From a virus, in IMG/VR virus record IMGVR_UViG_3300044816_000098, positions 64,001-128,000 of that record: 64,000 nt of DNA. One strand, given 5' to 3'. The position numbers were made by a program, and so were the translations under genes. Below, one piece after another: positions 45,490 to 55,426 of this stretch. The notes beneath the pieces were generated by a model. It was not told the DNA's origin. It worked only from the letters and a program-made list of their open reading frames with translations, and made no database searches. The stretch's first letter is position 1. Every line of letters begins with the position of its first letter.

Positions 45490-46377
45490 ATGCCCGATCT
45501 GTGGATGCCCGGCGCACAGAATGTCGACGTCGGGGACCACGCCCTGACCGACACGCAGTACTCCGCGAAGGCGATTGCCCACATCACGTGGGATAAGAAC
45601 GCCTCCGCCAACGCCCCGCAGGACCTGGTGTCCTTCGCCACCCTCACCGACTACTTCGGCCGGAACCCCGACGGCAAGGCCGTGGCTCCGCACATCCTCT
45701 GGGACCCGTTCCACGGGACCTTCGCGCAGTTCTACCCGGCCAACAGCCGCTCGAAGTCCGTGGCGGACAAGGCCGGTGGCACCAGGACCAACCGCGCGGG
45801 CAAGGTGGTCATCCAGGTCGAGTCGCTCTTCTTCCCGTACTGCCGGGTCGACGGCCACACCTACGCGCGTCTGGCCGACACTCCCTGCAAGGGCTGGGAC
45901 AAGCTCAACGCCTGGATCCGCTCCTGGGGTGTGGCCGATACCTGGCCCATGGGCCACCCGGTCAACTTCAACTCCAACCGCGACGAGGGCATCTGGGAGA
46001 CGCACGGCGGTTGGTACGCCCACGCCCAGGTCCCCGAGAATGATCACCAGGACCCCGGCTCCTGGCCGAACTTCATCTCGGCTCCCGCCAGCGGGGGTGG
46101 CACTCCCGCTCCGGTCTACCAGCCCTTCCCGGGCACCGCGACGTTCGTCGATGGGCACAGGTCCCCGATCATCGAGGCGATGCACAACCGCCTGGTGGCT
46201 GTGGGCTGTGGCCACTACACGAGCAACCTGAAGAAGGACGTCTGGGGCTCCGGCGACAAGAACTCGTACGCGGCGTGGCAGCGCTCCACGGCCGGTGGCG
46301 GTTACACCGGCTCGGCTGCCGACGGCATACCCGGCCCCGCTTCGTGGGGTCGGCTCCACGTCCCGAAGGTGGTCTGA
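45490..46377 (+). CDS. endolysin (amidase-like + peptidoglycan-binding domain)
   Basis: AIAHIT, PHILWDP, IQVE, HAQVPENDHQDPG; C-terminal ADGIPGPASW. Confidence 0.88.
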   Translation: MPDLWMPGAQNVDVGDHALTDTQYSAKAIAHITWDKNASANAPQDLVSFATLTDYFGRNPDGKAVAPHILWDPFHGTFAQFYPANSRSKSVADKAGGTRTNRAGKVVIQVESLFFPYCRVDGHTYARLADTPCKGWDKLNAWIRSWGVADTWPMGHPVNFNSNRDEGIWETHGGWYAHAQVPENDHQDPGSWPNFISAPASGGGTPAPVYQPFPGTATFVDGHRSPIIEAMHNRLVAVGCGHYTSNLKKDVWGSGDKNSYAAWQRSTAGGGYTGSAADGIPGPASWGRLHVPKVV

Positions 46378-46378
46378 C

Positions 46379-46690
46379 ATGCCCGATAGCCAGAACGTCG
46401 TCCTCAGTCTGGTCCGCACCTGGGTCCCGATCGTGGTCGGCTCCGTCGTCTCGTGGCTCGCCGGGCTCGGCCTGGACGTCAACACGGACGCCAAGGGCGC
46501 CATGACGGTCCTGATGACCGCGATCCTGATCGGCCTGTACTACACGGTCGTGCGCCTGCTGGAGAAGCAGTTCCCCTGGATCGGGATCCTGCTGGGGGCT
46601 CCGACCCAGCCGGTGTACTCCGCGCCGGTGACGACCTCCAACGGGGGAACGGCCGCCCCGATGTACCCGCCGGACCCTCCGGTCCTCTAA
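46379..46690 (+). CDS. putative holin
   Basis: SLVRTWVPIVVG..YYTVVRLLE..WIGILLG; directly after endolysin. Confidence 0.75.
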   Translation: MPDSQNVVLSLVRTWVPIVVGSVVSWLAGLGLDVNTDAKGAMTVLMTAILIGLYYTVVRLLEKQFPWIGILLGAPTQPVYSAPVTTSNGGTAAPMYPPDPPVL

Positions 46691-46746
46691 GGTCGGCCCT
46701 TCGAGAAGCCCCGTCTGTACCCGCCCGGCACAGACGGGGCTTCTTG

Positions 46747-46780
46747 CTGTCCTCCCGGCCGGTAGGGCCCAGAAGAGGTG
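46747..46780 (+). promoter_or_regulatory. late-gene motif
   Basis: CTGTC-N20-GAAGAGGTG. Confidence 0.75.
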
Positions 46781-46791
46781 GAGGTGCGCCG

Positions 46792-48519
46792 ATGCTGAAG
46801 TACGCCAGCACGCAGGTCATGTCGAAGGTTCTCGCCCCGGTGGGCGTGAGCCGCCGTGAGCTGCGTCGGTTCGCGCACCGGCACCAGTTCCAGTACGAGG
46901 TGCGGCCGGGGTTCCTGTACGTCCGCTCGCGGGCGATCTCCAGTCGGTGCAACGACAACTTCGACGAGTTCCCCGCCGAGGAGCTGGAGAAGGCGTATGC
47001 CTCCTTCAAGGGCAAGCCGGTCTTCGTCAATCACGTGAACAACAACCACCACCGCGCTCGCGGCGTGATCATCGACGCCGCGCTCCACAAGGACTCGAAC
47101 CGCGACGGCAGTCGAGACTGGTGGATCGAGGTCCTTCAGGAAATCGACGCGGTCCGCTTTCCCCGGCTGGCGAAGGAAATCCTGGCGGGCAATATCGCCC
47201 GGACCTCCATGGGCTGCGATGTGTCCCATTCCATTTGCAGCGCGTGCGGGAACAAGGCCACCACTCCGGCCGAATACTGCGCGCACATTCCGGCCTCCAA
47301 GGGAATGAAGCTCTACCGGACGACTGCCTCCGGGCAGAAGGTCGGCGACATCATCCGGGAGACCTGCTTCGGGCTGAAGTTCTTCGAGAACTCGCTCCTG
47401 GTGGAACCCCCGGCGGACCCCACGGCGCATTTCACTGGTGTCGACGCCTCCGGCCTGGACAAGGCTGCGGCCCTCTCCCAGAAGGAAAGGGCCACCCCTG
47501 CCATGCCGAGCCATACCTTGCCGGACCATGCCGCGCCACGCCTAGCCGAGACCAGCCACGCGGTGAACCAGCAGCGTACCGCATCGGTTGACGCTGTCTC
47601 CAAACTGGCCTACGGCGAGACGAAGGCTCCGGAGGACGTCGACACCCTCCGCGAGGACTCGTGCCCCGTCTGCGGCGACCGCGACACCTATGACGGCGCG
47701 ACCTGTGCGGTCTGTGCATATGTTTCGCCGCCGAAAATCTTCCAGGACCCGGATCTCGAACTCGCCCGCCAGATGGACCTGAGGAAAGACATCTCGGAGT
47801 TCAACGGTCAGCCGGGCCAGCCCGTCGATCCGAACGCCCTGGATGCACAGGGCAATCCCATCCCCGGCGCCTCTCCCGAAGAGCAGGTCCCCGGTTCGCT
47901 CCCCGGTGAGGTTCAGGCCGAGGTGCAGACCGCTGACGGCTCCGAGGGTCAGATGCCGGGTCAGGACGGCCAGATGGCCCCGCAGCCGGGGGAACCGATT
48001 GACCCGGCCATGCTCGGACCTGACGGTCAGCCTCTTCAGCAGGGCCAGCAGATGATCGGCCCTGACGGGATGCCTCTTCCCCAGCAAGGGCAGCAGCCCA
48101 TGCTGGGTCCGGACGGTATGCCCATCGGACCCCAGCCGCTTCCTGCGGATGCGATGTCCGGTGACGGCCAGCCGTTCAACCCTGGCCCGAACGAGCCCCA
48201 GGGACCCGGTGGTCCGGAACAGCCTCTCGGACCCGAGGACCTGGACAGCGACGGTCAGGTGCCCAACCCGGAAGCCGGACAGGGTGTACCGGGCACTCCC
48301 GAGGACGGTGTCCCCGACCTCATGTGCCCCGCCTGCGGATTCACCGCCGACGCCACTCAGCCCGTCTCCGTCGACATGGACACGGCCAACCTCCCGGACG
48401 CGGGAGTGGCCACCCAGGACGGAGTAGCGGCCGGGGATGTCTGCCCGAACTGCGGCACGGGACTGTTGCTCAGCCCGGCTGAGGTCCAGGGCGAAGCCTC
48501 CGTTCCCGTCACCGTGTAG
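46792..48519 (+). CDS. capsid maturation (prohead) protease with Zn-finger/Pro-Gly tail
   Basis: NDNFDEF..FKGKPVFVNH..RGVIIDA..TSMGC..FFENS..PADP; upstream of scaffold and capsid. Confidence 0.78.
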   Translation: MLKYASTQVMSKVLAPVGVSRRELRRFAHRHQFQYEVRPGFLYVRSRAISSRCNDNFDEFPAEELEKAYASFKGKPVFVNHVNNNHHRARGVIIDAALHKDSNRDGSRDWWIEVLQEIDAVRFPRLAKEILAGNIARTSMGCDVSHSICSACGNKATTPAEYCAHIPASKGMKLYRTTASGQKVGDIIRETCFGLKFFENSLLVEPPADPTAHFTGVDASGLDKAAALSQKERATPAMPSHTLPDHAAPRLAETSHAVNQQRTASVDAVSKLAYGETKAPEDVDTLREDSCPVCGDRDTYDGATCAVCAYVSPPKIFQDPDLELARQMDLRKDISEFNGQPGQPVDPNALDAQGNPIPGASPEEQVPGSLPGEVQAEVQTADGSEGQMPGQDGQMAPQPGEPIDPAMLGPDGQPLQQGQQMIGPDGMPLPQQGQQPMLGPDGMPIGPQPLPADAMSGDGQPFNPGPNEPQGPGGPEQPLGPEDLDSDGQVPNPEAGQGVPGTPEDGVPDLMCPACGFTADATQPVSVDMDTANLPDAGVATQDGVAAGDVCPNCGTGLLLSPAEVQGEASVPVTV

Positions 48520-48529
48520 GAGAGAAGCG

Positions 48530-48790
48530 ATGCCGATGCCCCCTGAAGAAGAGATGCAGAACGCACCGGTCATGGTGGATTTCACTCTCCGCCTGCACGG
48601 CCAGATGGTCCGTTGTCAGGGATACATCCCCCTGGCGGAGTGGACTGCTCTCGGGAATCACGAGGCCCAGTTCGAAGAGTTGAGACTCTCGATGGCGAAG
48701 TCGATGGGCGCGGTCCTCGATCAGGTGGAGCGGAGCAAGATGCTCCAGGACACCGAATCCTGTCCCGATCCGGCTCAGACCCCCGAATAG
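48530..48790 (+). CDS. hypothetical protein
   Basis: AGGAG RBS. Confidence 0.55.
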   Translation: MPMPPEEEMQNAPVMVDFTLRLHGQMVRCQGYIPLAEWTALGNHEAQFEELRLSMAKSMGAVLDQVERSKMLQDTESCPDPAQTPE

Positions 48791-48793
48791 TTG
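48760..48793 (+). promoter_or_regulatory. late-gene motif (variant)
   Basis: CTGTC-N20-GAATAGTTG. Confidence 0.6.
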
Positions 48794-48841
48794 AAGACCA
48801 TCGCTCCCGGCCTGCCGCGAGCCCCAGAAGGAGTACCCAGT

Positions 48842-49738
48842 ATGGGAAACCGACCGCTCATGCAGGCTGTTGCGAACCAGCAGCGCACCCTCCAGTCCCT
48901 CGCGGCACGTAACGCGGTCCTGGAGCACGAGAACGCCGTACTCGGCCTCCAGCTCGCCTTCGTGGCCCGCATGGCGGGCGTCTCCAAGGAGATCGCGGCC
49001 ATCCGCACGCAGGCAGACATCGACAACCCGGCTCAGCCGGTCGAGAACCCCGCGAGCGAAGCCCCGGCGGAGACCACCCAGGAGGCGATGACTCCTGAGG
49101 CGTACGACGACCCGAACGCCATCGGCCAGACCCCGGGCGCGACCCAGGGTGTCCCCGCCGCCGCGACCGGTACCCCGATGGACCCGGGAGTCACTCTCCC
49201 GACCTCGCCGTACAACCAGCTCATGGACGTCTCCGCTCCGGTGGCCGGTACCGAGACCCACGTCCCGGACGAGCAGACCCGGATCGAGACCGATGTCCGT
49301 GTCGGCGACCCCATGAACCCCGAGACCGCGTACCCGCTGAACCCGGCCTTCGGGCCGACCCAGCAGCGCGGTACCACCCCGCCCAGCTCGGGTGAGATGA
49401 GCCAGACCGGTTCCCGCAACCGGACCATGGCCTCCATCCGCCTGGCCCGGCTCCAGATCGCGGCCGGTATCGCGGTGGGCGACGACCTCGCCATCGCGGC
49501 CGGTATCGAGTCCAACGCCGCGCTGACCGACGAGTCCATCCGGACTCAGATCGAGACGCTCGCGCAGGTCTCCCGGGTCGCTTCCCGCCAGCCCCGCCCG
49601 AACAACCTGGTACCTCGTGCGGCTGCGGGCAACGTCCGCCGTACCACCCCGTCGCTGGTGACTCAGCCCGCTCCGATCACCTCGGTGGCCGGTTCCGTGG
49701 GCGCAGTTGATGTCGACGCGGAGAGCCTGTTCGACTAG
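48842..49738 (+). CDS. putative scaffolding protein
   Basis: Between protease and capsid; coiled coil, acidic Pro-rich middle. Confidence 0.65.
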   Translation: MGNRPLMQAVANQQRTLQSLAARNAVLEHENAVLGLQLAFVARMAGVSKEIAAIRTQADIDNPAQPVENPASEAPAETTQEAMTPEAYDDPNAIGQTPGATQGVPAAATGTPMDPGVTLPTSPYNQLMDVSAPVAGTETHVPDEQTRIETDVRVGDPMNPETAYPLNPAFGPTQQRGTTPPSSGEMSQTGSRNRTMASIRLARLQIAAGIAVGDDLAIAAGIESNAALTDESIRTQIETLAQVSRVASRQPRPNNLVPRAAAGNVRRTTPSLVTQPAPITSVAGSVGAVDVDAESLFD

Positions 49739-49809
49739 TACAGTCGACCGAAGACAGCCCCGGACCTGGGAGTGGTGCAGGCCGGGGCTTCTTCGTTTTC
49801 CGGGCGATG

Positions 49810-49844
49810 CTGTCCAACTGACCTTGAGGCCCGGATAAGAGGTG
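49810..49844 (+). promoter_or_regulatory. late-gene motif (variant)
   Basis: CTGTC-N21-TAAGAGGTG. Confidence 0.65.
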
Positions 49845-49917
49845 AGGGAACCCGTCTCGCGTCGGACACGAGCAGACGGCCTAAATGTCCGATACGCGAG
49901 ATTGAAGGAGGGAAAGT

Positions 49918-50427
49918 ATGCTTCGCACTCGTATGGCGACCAGCTACATCAAGCGGACGATCCGTCCGCTGTATGGCTGGACACAGTCCACGCCGAAGTC
50001 GTGCTTCCTGGACCCCGCCTGGGACCGGTCGGTGAACATCTGGCCCGGCATGGTCTTCATGAAGACCGCTGGCGAGAACGTCACCCTGCTCAACGGAACC
50101 GGTGTTCCGTACGGCCTGGGCGCCCTGTACGTCGGTGGCGACGGGATCGACGAGCCTCTCGACTCCGGCATCAACACCTTCGCCACCTGGGTCCTGGACC
50201 CGGACGCGGAGTTCGAGATCCTCGCCCCCGCCTTCGACACCACCCTCACCTGGGCTGAGGTCGGCGACGGCACCGAGACCCTGATCTACGGTCAGACCAC
50301 CGGTGCGAGCCGAGGCAAGCTGGTTGTGGCCGGTACCTCCGGTGCCTCCGCCCAGCCGGTCGCGCGTCTCCTGAAGGTCAACTCGCCGACGAAGATCACC
50401 ATCGGTGGCCTTCGGCAGAAGTACTAG
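49918..50427 (+). CDS. putative capsid decoration protein
   Basis: Beta-rich 169 aa directly upstream of the major capsid gene. Confidence 0.6.
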   Translation: MLRTRMATSYIKRTIRPLYGWTQSTPKSCFLDPAWDRSVNIWPGMVFMKTAGENVTLLNGTGVPYGLGALYVGGDGIDEPLDSGINTFATWVLDPDAEFEILAPAFDTTLTWAEVGDGTETLIYGQTTGASRGKLVVAGTSGASAQPVARLLKVNSPTKITIGGLRQKY

Positions 50428-50439
50428 GAGAGCCGACCA

Positions 50440-51426
50440 ATGACGCAGACCCTCGCGACAACCTCCGGCCTCCGTGGCCGCGTTGCCAAGAAGTCCGACG
50501 ACTACGTGTCGTCCATCGTCGCCCGTCGGGAGAGCGCTCAGCCGCTCACCCACGAGGCGAAGGTGCAGAAGATGGCGCTCATCCTCTCCGACGAGACCAG
50601 CGGCATCCGCCGTCTGGGTGTCGGCATGGTGGGTCCCATCCAGCTCAAGCTGCGCTACCAGGGCATCACCCGTAACGTCCTCGTCGAGGACCCGGTGACC
50701 CCGGGTACCCCCGTCGAATATGACGTCTGGGACGACTTGGGCCAGGCGTACATCATGTCCGGCACTGAGGGCGAAGTCCGTGTGACTCCGTTCGAGGGCA
50801 AGCGTGTTCCGGTGCGGTTCTTCCGCATCGCCTCTCGTCCGGCCATCCGTAAGGAGGACCTGTTCTACCTCCGCATCAACGCGGTGGAGCAGGCCCAGGA
50901 CGAGACCAAGCAGGCCATCCTCAAGCAGGAGGACAGCCGCCTGCTGGTCCTGCTCCAGGCCGGTCTGACGGACTACGCCACCCGCCCGGACCACACGGTC
51001 ACCCCGAACCACAACATCACCGAGGCGTCGGGCTACCTGACGCCGGGGTCGCTGTACAGCGCGGTCGCCATGACCGACATGCACGAACTCCAGTCTGCGC
51101 GGATCCTGATCAACCCGTTCGACTTCCGTGACATGTACCGCTGGGACATCAATCAGACCGGCTGGGCATTCAAGGACAGGATCGTCGCGGGCGAGACGAT
51201 CACCTCGTTCGGCGAGTTCCAGATCCAGCGGTCGATCATCGTCCCGCAGGGCAAGATCTTCCTCACCCCTGAGCCGAACTTCCTCGGCGTCTTCCCCGTG
51301 CTCTACTCGCTCGATGTCGAGGAGAACCACATGGTCGAGGCGTTCTGGAAGGGCTGGGTATTCGACGAGATGGTGTCCATGGCCATCCTGAACCCGCGCG
51401 GCATCGCCACCATCACCAAGGCGTAA
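50440..51426 (+). CDS. major capsid protein
   Basis: 328 aa, very biased codon usage, PIQLKLRYQGITR..KQED..NPRG; followed by a terminator. Confidence 0.85.
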   Translation: MTQTLATTSGLRGRVAKKSDDYVSSIVARRESAQPLTHEAKVQKMALILSDETSGIRRLGVGMVGPIQLKLRYQGITRNVLVEDPVTPGTPVEYDVWDDLGQAYIMSGTEGEVRVTPFEGKRVPVRFFRIASRPAIRKEDLFYLRINAVEQAQDETKQAILKQEDSRLLVLLQAGLTDYATRPDHTVTPNHNITEASGYLTPGSLYSAVAMTDMHELQSARILINPFDFRDMYRWDINQTGWAFKDRIVAGETITSFGEFQIQRSIIVPQGKIFLTPEPNFLGVFPVLYSLDVEENHMVEAFWKGWVFDEMVSMAILNPRGIATITKA

Positions 51427-51458
51427 GTTTCCGGTCTTCGGCCGGGAAGCAGGGAAAG

Positions 51459-51492
51459 CGAAGGGCCCCTCTCTCACCAGAGGGGCCCTTCG
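51459..51492. terminator. bidirectional terminator
   Basis: CGAAGGGCCCCTCT/AGAGGGGCCCTTCG. Confidence 0.75.
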
Positions 51493-51497
51493 TCATT

Positions 51498-51683
51498 TCA
51501 GGTCCCGTTATCCCGTCTTTCCTCGTACGCCTTCACCTGGTCGCCCGTCCATATGGGCCCGCAGGCGAGTTCCTTGGGTGGGGTCAGGTTTTTCCGGGCA
51601 AGCTTCGCGGCACCCTGCCGGGTAATTCCCCAGCGAGCGGCCAGTTCGCCAACGCCGTACAGATCCAGCTCGTGTGCCTCCAT
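51498..51683 (-). CDS. small HTH DNA-binding protein (AlpA/MerR-like)
   Basis: LYGVGELAARWGITRQGAAKL..GPIW. Confidence 0.7.
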   Translation of the reverse strand: MEAHELDLYGVGELAARWGITRQGAAKLARKNLTPPKELACGPIWTGDQVKAYEERRDNGT

Positions 51684-51706
51684 GCTGATCAGTGGACCAT
51701 CACCCC

Positions 51707-51758
51707 TTGACGCCGTCAACCGGAACGGGTTGACATCGTCAACGCCACCTGTCAGAGT
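51707..51758 (+). promoter_or_regulatory. two TTGAC-N3-GTCAA operators overlapping a TTGACA-17-CAGAGT promoter
   Basis: Palindromes at 51707-51719 and 51729-51743. Confidence 0.7.
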
Positions 51759-51764
51759 CTGGTC

Positions 51765-51925
51765 AGGCGGATGAGCGAGATTCGGGTTTCTGTTCCCCTA
51801 CGGAGATGTCCGGACTGCGCTCGCTCATCCGCCCGTTCAACCGAGATTCGCTGTTGGGTCGAACCTGGCCCGGAGGGACAGCATCTTGAAGGAAGCCCCC
51901 AGGGACCCTGACCCTGGGGGCTTCG
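51765..51925 (+). ncRNA. putative structured small RNA
   Basis: Own promoter, 14-bp perfect stem 51766-79/51820-33 with nested helices, second hairpin, terminator 51892-51924. Confidence 0.55.
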
Positions 51926-51927
51926 TC

Positions 51928-51961
51928 CTGTTGGAGTGCCGATGACCCCTCGGAAGAGGTG
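51928..51961 (+). promoter_or_regulatory. late-gene motif (variant)
   Basis: CTGTT-N20-GAAGAGGTG. Confidence 0.7.
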
Positions 51962-51989
51962 GTAGAGCATTCCAGCGAAGGAGCATGTC

Positions 51990-52529
51990 ATGCCTGTCGA
52001 CGGCACGGTGGTAGCGAAGAACCTCATGGATGGCGTCACCATCCTGAGTTCTGACGTCAAGGGGACGGTGGCAGTCGAGTTCGGGGCGATGAACGACCCG
52101 AACGGCGACGACATCCAGTACATCCCCACGGAGATCCTGAACTCGCCCGCCTTCAAGCGCGCCCTCGCGCGCGGGGTGCTGGGCCTGATCGAGGACGACT
52201 CCGACCCCGACGTCCTGGAAGCGCTCGGCAAGCAGGTCGCCGCGTTCCAGAAGCGCCAGCGCGGTGCCGAGGACCAGGTCACGGCCACCATCGACCGCCA
52301 GGTCTCCAACGACCAGATCTCCATGTTCTGCGTCGGTCCCGACTCCCGGGGAACGGGTACGTGTGGGGAAGGCGTACCGGTCAAGGAGTCCCTCAAGGAC
52401 TCTGCCCCTCCGCTGTGCGGTCGCCACCGGGGTCTTGCCCCGCAGTACGTTCCGGAGCACCGGACCGAGGGCGAGAGCACTCGGGTGATCTGGAATCGCG
52501 TCACGATGACCGCGCGCGTGAGCGCGTAA
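51990..52529 (+). CDS. hypothetical virion-module protein
   Basis: RBS; C-terminal C..C..CGRH. Confidence 0.75.
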   Translation: MPVDGTVVAKNLMDGVTILSSDVKGTVAVEFGAMNDPNGDDIQYIPTEILNSPAFKRALARGVLGLIEDDSDPDVLEALGKQVAAFQKRQRGAEDQVTATIDRQVSNDQISMFCVGPDSRGTGTCGEGVPVKESLKDSAPPLCGRHRGLAPQYVPEHRTEGESTRVIWNRVTMTARVSA

Positions 52530-52548
52530 CTCACAAGGAGATCTGAGC

Positions 52549-53181
52549 ATGAGCGAGCAGAACGAGACGGCGGACGAGAAGGCCCCTCAGGCAGCTCCCC
52601 AGCCGTACCGGGAGTCCGAGGACCACGTCCCGGACCCGACCGCCGTCAACGGCACCCTGGAGACCTCCGACACCGGCGGCGGCCACCACTCCTCCCTGCG
52701 GGGCGTGAGCCGCATCTTCGGCAGTGCCGAGGAGTTCCTCGCCCGTGTGGAGAGCGCCGCCCAGGACAAGGTGGCGGAGCTGGTGGACGACATCAAGGAC
52801 ATGGTCCACCGCGAGGAGGCCGCTGGCGGCCCCCAGCAGACCACCGAGCAGGACGGCCACCCCGTCCATGAGGGCGAGATCGTCCAGGGTGACGCCACCG
52901 GGCACCCCCAGCCGAACGCTGGCGAGGGCGCGGCTGTGGCGTCGGAGAACACCCCGGCCGACCAGCGTCAGGCGGGTACCGCCGACACCAGCACCGAGGA
53001 CGTTGTGGACCAGTCGGCGCCCGTCGCCGGTCCGGGTCCGCAGGTCGACGACCAGAGCACCAAGGCCAAGGTCGCCGACAGCAAGGCGGCCGACAGCAAG
53101 GCGGAGCAGGACGCCGCGACGGGCAGCAAGGCCCCGGCCAAGAAGGCTGCTGCCCCGAAGACCGGTTCCGCCAAGAAGTAG
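52549..53181 (+). CDS. acidic low-complexity protein
   Basis: AAGGAG RBS. Confidence 0.7.
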   Translation: MSEQNETADEKAPQAAPQPYRESEDHVPDPTAVNGTLETSDTGGGHHSSLRGVSRIFGSAEEFLARVESAAQDKVAELVDDIKDMVHREEAAGGPQQTTEQDGHPVHEGEIVQGDATGHPQPNAGEGAAVASENTPADQRQAGTADTSTEDVVDQSAPVAGPGPQVDDQSTKAKVADSKAADSKAEQDAATGSKAPAKKAAAPKTGSAKK

Positions 53182-53208
53182 TCCGAGAGACCCAGAGGAG
53201 CAGCACTG

Positions 53209-54600
53209 ATGACCACACCCGTTGACACCGAGGGTGTCTCCGGCAACGCCGGGGCTGCCCCTCTGGGTACCGGCCGTTTCGCCAGCAACGTCGACACCGC
53301 CACTCCCGGCGGGGTCGGTGGTGGAGACACCGGGCTGGCGCCGGACCCGAACACCGCGATGTCCGGTACCCCCGACACCTCCGGCGCGGGCCAGGGCCAG
53401 AGTGCGACTTTCACGCCGGTCAGTACCCTGCTCTCCGGCACCTTGGACACCCAGTCCATGGGCTGGCCGCTGACTGCGGGTGTCTCCCAGGCGTACCGCG
53501 CCCCGAACACCACGATTGGCACCATCAACGGCGCCACCGGCGCGCTGGACACCACCCGCACCGACACGCCCATCTCGGACGGCTCCACCCGGCCCGACCT
53601 GATGAGCACCTACACCGGCACCATGGACAGCAACTACATCGGCGCCCCTGCGGTCCTGCCGGTCTCCTCGCTGGTCCCCGTCGCCCCGGCCGGTACCCCC
53701 ACGGTCTCCAACGCGATTGCGGCCCGCTCGGTGCGGGTCACCTGGGCCACCGTGGCCGACCCGCATGCCACCGCTCCGGTCCAGGGGTACGTCATCCTGG
53801 GCTCCACCGGCGGCACGACCTACGCGCCCCGCAACGCGACCTCGGTCATCGTCCAGAACCTGGTCCCCGGACAGTCGTACAAGTTCCAGGTCGCGGCCCA
53901 GAACATCAACGGTCTGGGCCCGTACGGGACCGTCTCCGCCGCCGTCATCCCGTACAACCCGGACGAGGCCGACGCGAACGACCCGAACGCCGGTCTGGAG
54001 CCCGCGAACACCCAGAACCCCATCTACGGTCCGGACGGCACCATCAAGGCCGGTACAGGGCTTGCTGGGCGTCCTGGAGCCCCCACCTCGGTCGTGCTCT
54101 CGGGTACCACCACTCCGGGTGTCGTCAACGTTGTCTGGGTCGCTCCGACCGGTGTGGGCATCGTCCTGCGCTACACGGTGACCCTGTCCTCGGGCCAGAC
54201 CAAGACGATCGCGGCGGGAACCCTCACCGCGCAGTTCACCGGCGTCGCCAGCGCGACGGCCATCACGGGCACCGTCACGGCCGTGGGTGCGGTCACCAGC
54301 ACCACTTCGGCGGCCTCTGCGGCCTTCGGTAAGCCGACGGCGCCTGCGGCCCCCACGCTCACCAGTCCGACCGCCGGGACGATCCACTGCGTGTGGACTG
54401 CCCCGTCCTCGGGTGCGCCGCTGAACTACATCATCACCCTCGCGGGTGGCGACACCACGACCCACACGGTGGCGGGCAACCTGCTCACCTACGACTTCAC
54501 CAGCATCACCACCGGCCACGTCGACACTGCCACGGTCGGGGCCCAGGGCTCCGTCTCCACCACCACCTCGGTCGCCTCCTCTGCGGTGACCGTCTCCTAA
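53209..54600 (+). CDS. fibronectin type III repeat structural protein
   Basis: Three FN3-like units (VTW..GYVI..NLVPGQSYKFQVAAQNINGLG). Confidence 0.82.
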   Translation: MTTPVDTEGVSGNAGAAPLGTGRFASNVDTATPGGVGGGDTGLAPDPNTAMSGTPDTSGAGQGQSATFTPVSTLLSGTLDTQSMGWPLTAGVSQAYRAPNTTIGTINGATGALDTTRTDTPISDGSTRPDLMSTYTGTMDSNYIGAPAVLPVSSLVPVAPAGTPTVSNAIAARSVRVTWATVADPHATAPVQGYVILGSTGGTTYAPRNATSVIVQNLVPGQSYKFQVAAQNINGLGPYGTVSAAVIPYNPDEADANDPNAGLEPANTQNPIYGPDGTIKAGTGLAGRPGAPTSVVLSGTTTPGVVNVVWVAPTGVGIVLRYTVTLSSGQTKTIAAGTLTAQFTGVASATAITGTVTAVGAVTSTTSAASAAFGKPTAPAAPTLTSPTAGTIHCVWTAPSSGAPLNYIITLAGGDTTTHTVAGNLLTYDFTSITTGHVDTATVGAQGSVSTTTSVASSAVTVS

Positions 54601-54687
54601 CACTCCCTCTCCTGACGGGGCCTCCGTACGCGCGACCGGTACGGAGGCCCTCGTCCTGTAATCGTTGGTAGTACCTAAGTGATGTTG

Positions 54688-54721
54688 CTGTCTGAGCCCC
54701 CGCCTCCCCGGTGAAGAGGTG
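54688..54721 (+). promoter_or_regulatory. late-gene motif
   Basis: CTGTC-N20-GAAGAGGTG. Confidence 0.75.
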
Positions 54722-54748
54722 AGGCCGTAACCAAGGATCGGGAGCCCG

Positions 54749-55417
54749 ATGTCCACAACCAGTCAGCACGTGGGATACAAGATCCCGGACGGGTCCGACC
54801 CCTTCCTTCGGACCGACTTCGTCTCCAATCTGAACCTCTCCGACAGCTTCCCCGGGGACTGGATCTGCACGTCGACCACCCGGCCCACCTGGGGCGCCTC
54901 CCAGGCCGGGATGAAGATCACCGAGTCGGACACCCGCCGCACCATGCTGTGGAACGGCACCACCTGGCGAGAGATGCTCACCGGTCCCGCGATGTGGTGG
55001 GGCTCCCTGCGGCCCGGCGTGATGATCGGCCGGGGAACGACCGTCTCCTACGTGGTCGGCACCTTCACCGTGAACCGGCCGGGCACCCTGTTCGTGATGT
55101 CCACGACCGAACTGGGTCTGCCGGGCAACGGCTTCTCCCAGGGCAACGTGGTCTCCATGGTGGACGGCAGCCTGGCGAACTGGGACGGCGCCGCCTTCGG
55201 TGAGTTCTTCGCCCAGGACAACCGCACCGCGCCCTCCACCGCCGGGCAGAACGCCTTCTCGGACACGTTCGCGTCGATCGGTGTCCGCACCGTGAGCGCG
55301 GGAACCCACTCCGTCGGCATCCGGGTCAGCATTCTGACCCAGCCCTCGATCAACAACCTGGTGCGTGTCACGTCCATCCGCTCGATGGCCATGTTCGTCA
55401 ACGGCACCGACCGCTAA
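54749..55417 (+). CDS. putative virion fibre/whisker protein
   Basis: CTSTTRP..GMKITESDT..WNGTTW segment typical of phage fibres. Confidence 0.65.
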   Translation: MSTTSQHVGYKIPDGSDPFLRTDFVSNLNLSDSFPGDWICTSTTRPTWGASQAGMKITESDTRRTMLWNGTTWREMLTGPAMWWGSLRPGVMIGRGTTVSYVVGTFTVNRPGTLFVMSTTELGLPGNGFSQGNVVSMVDGSLANWDGAAFGEFFAQDNRTAPSTAGQNAFSDTFASIGVRTVSAGTHSVGIRVSILTQPSINNLVRVTSIRSMAMFVNGTDR

Positions 55418-55426
55418 GGGGCATCC

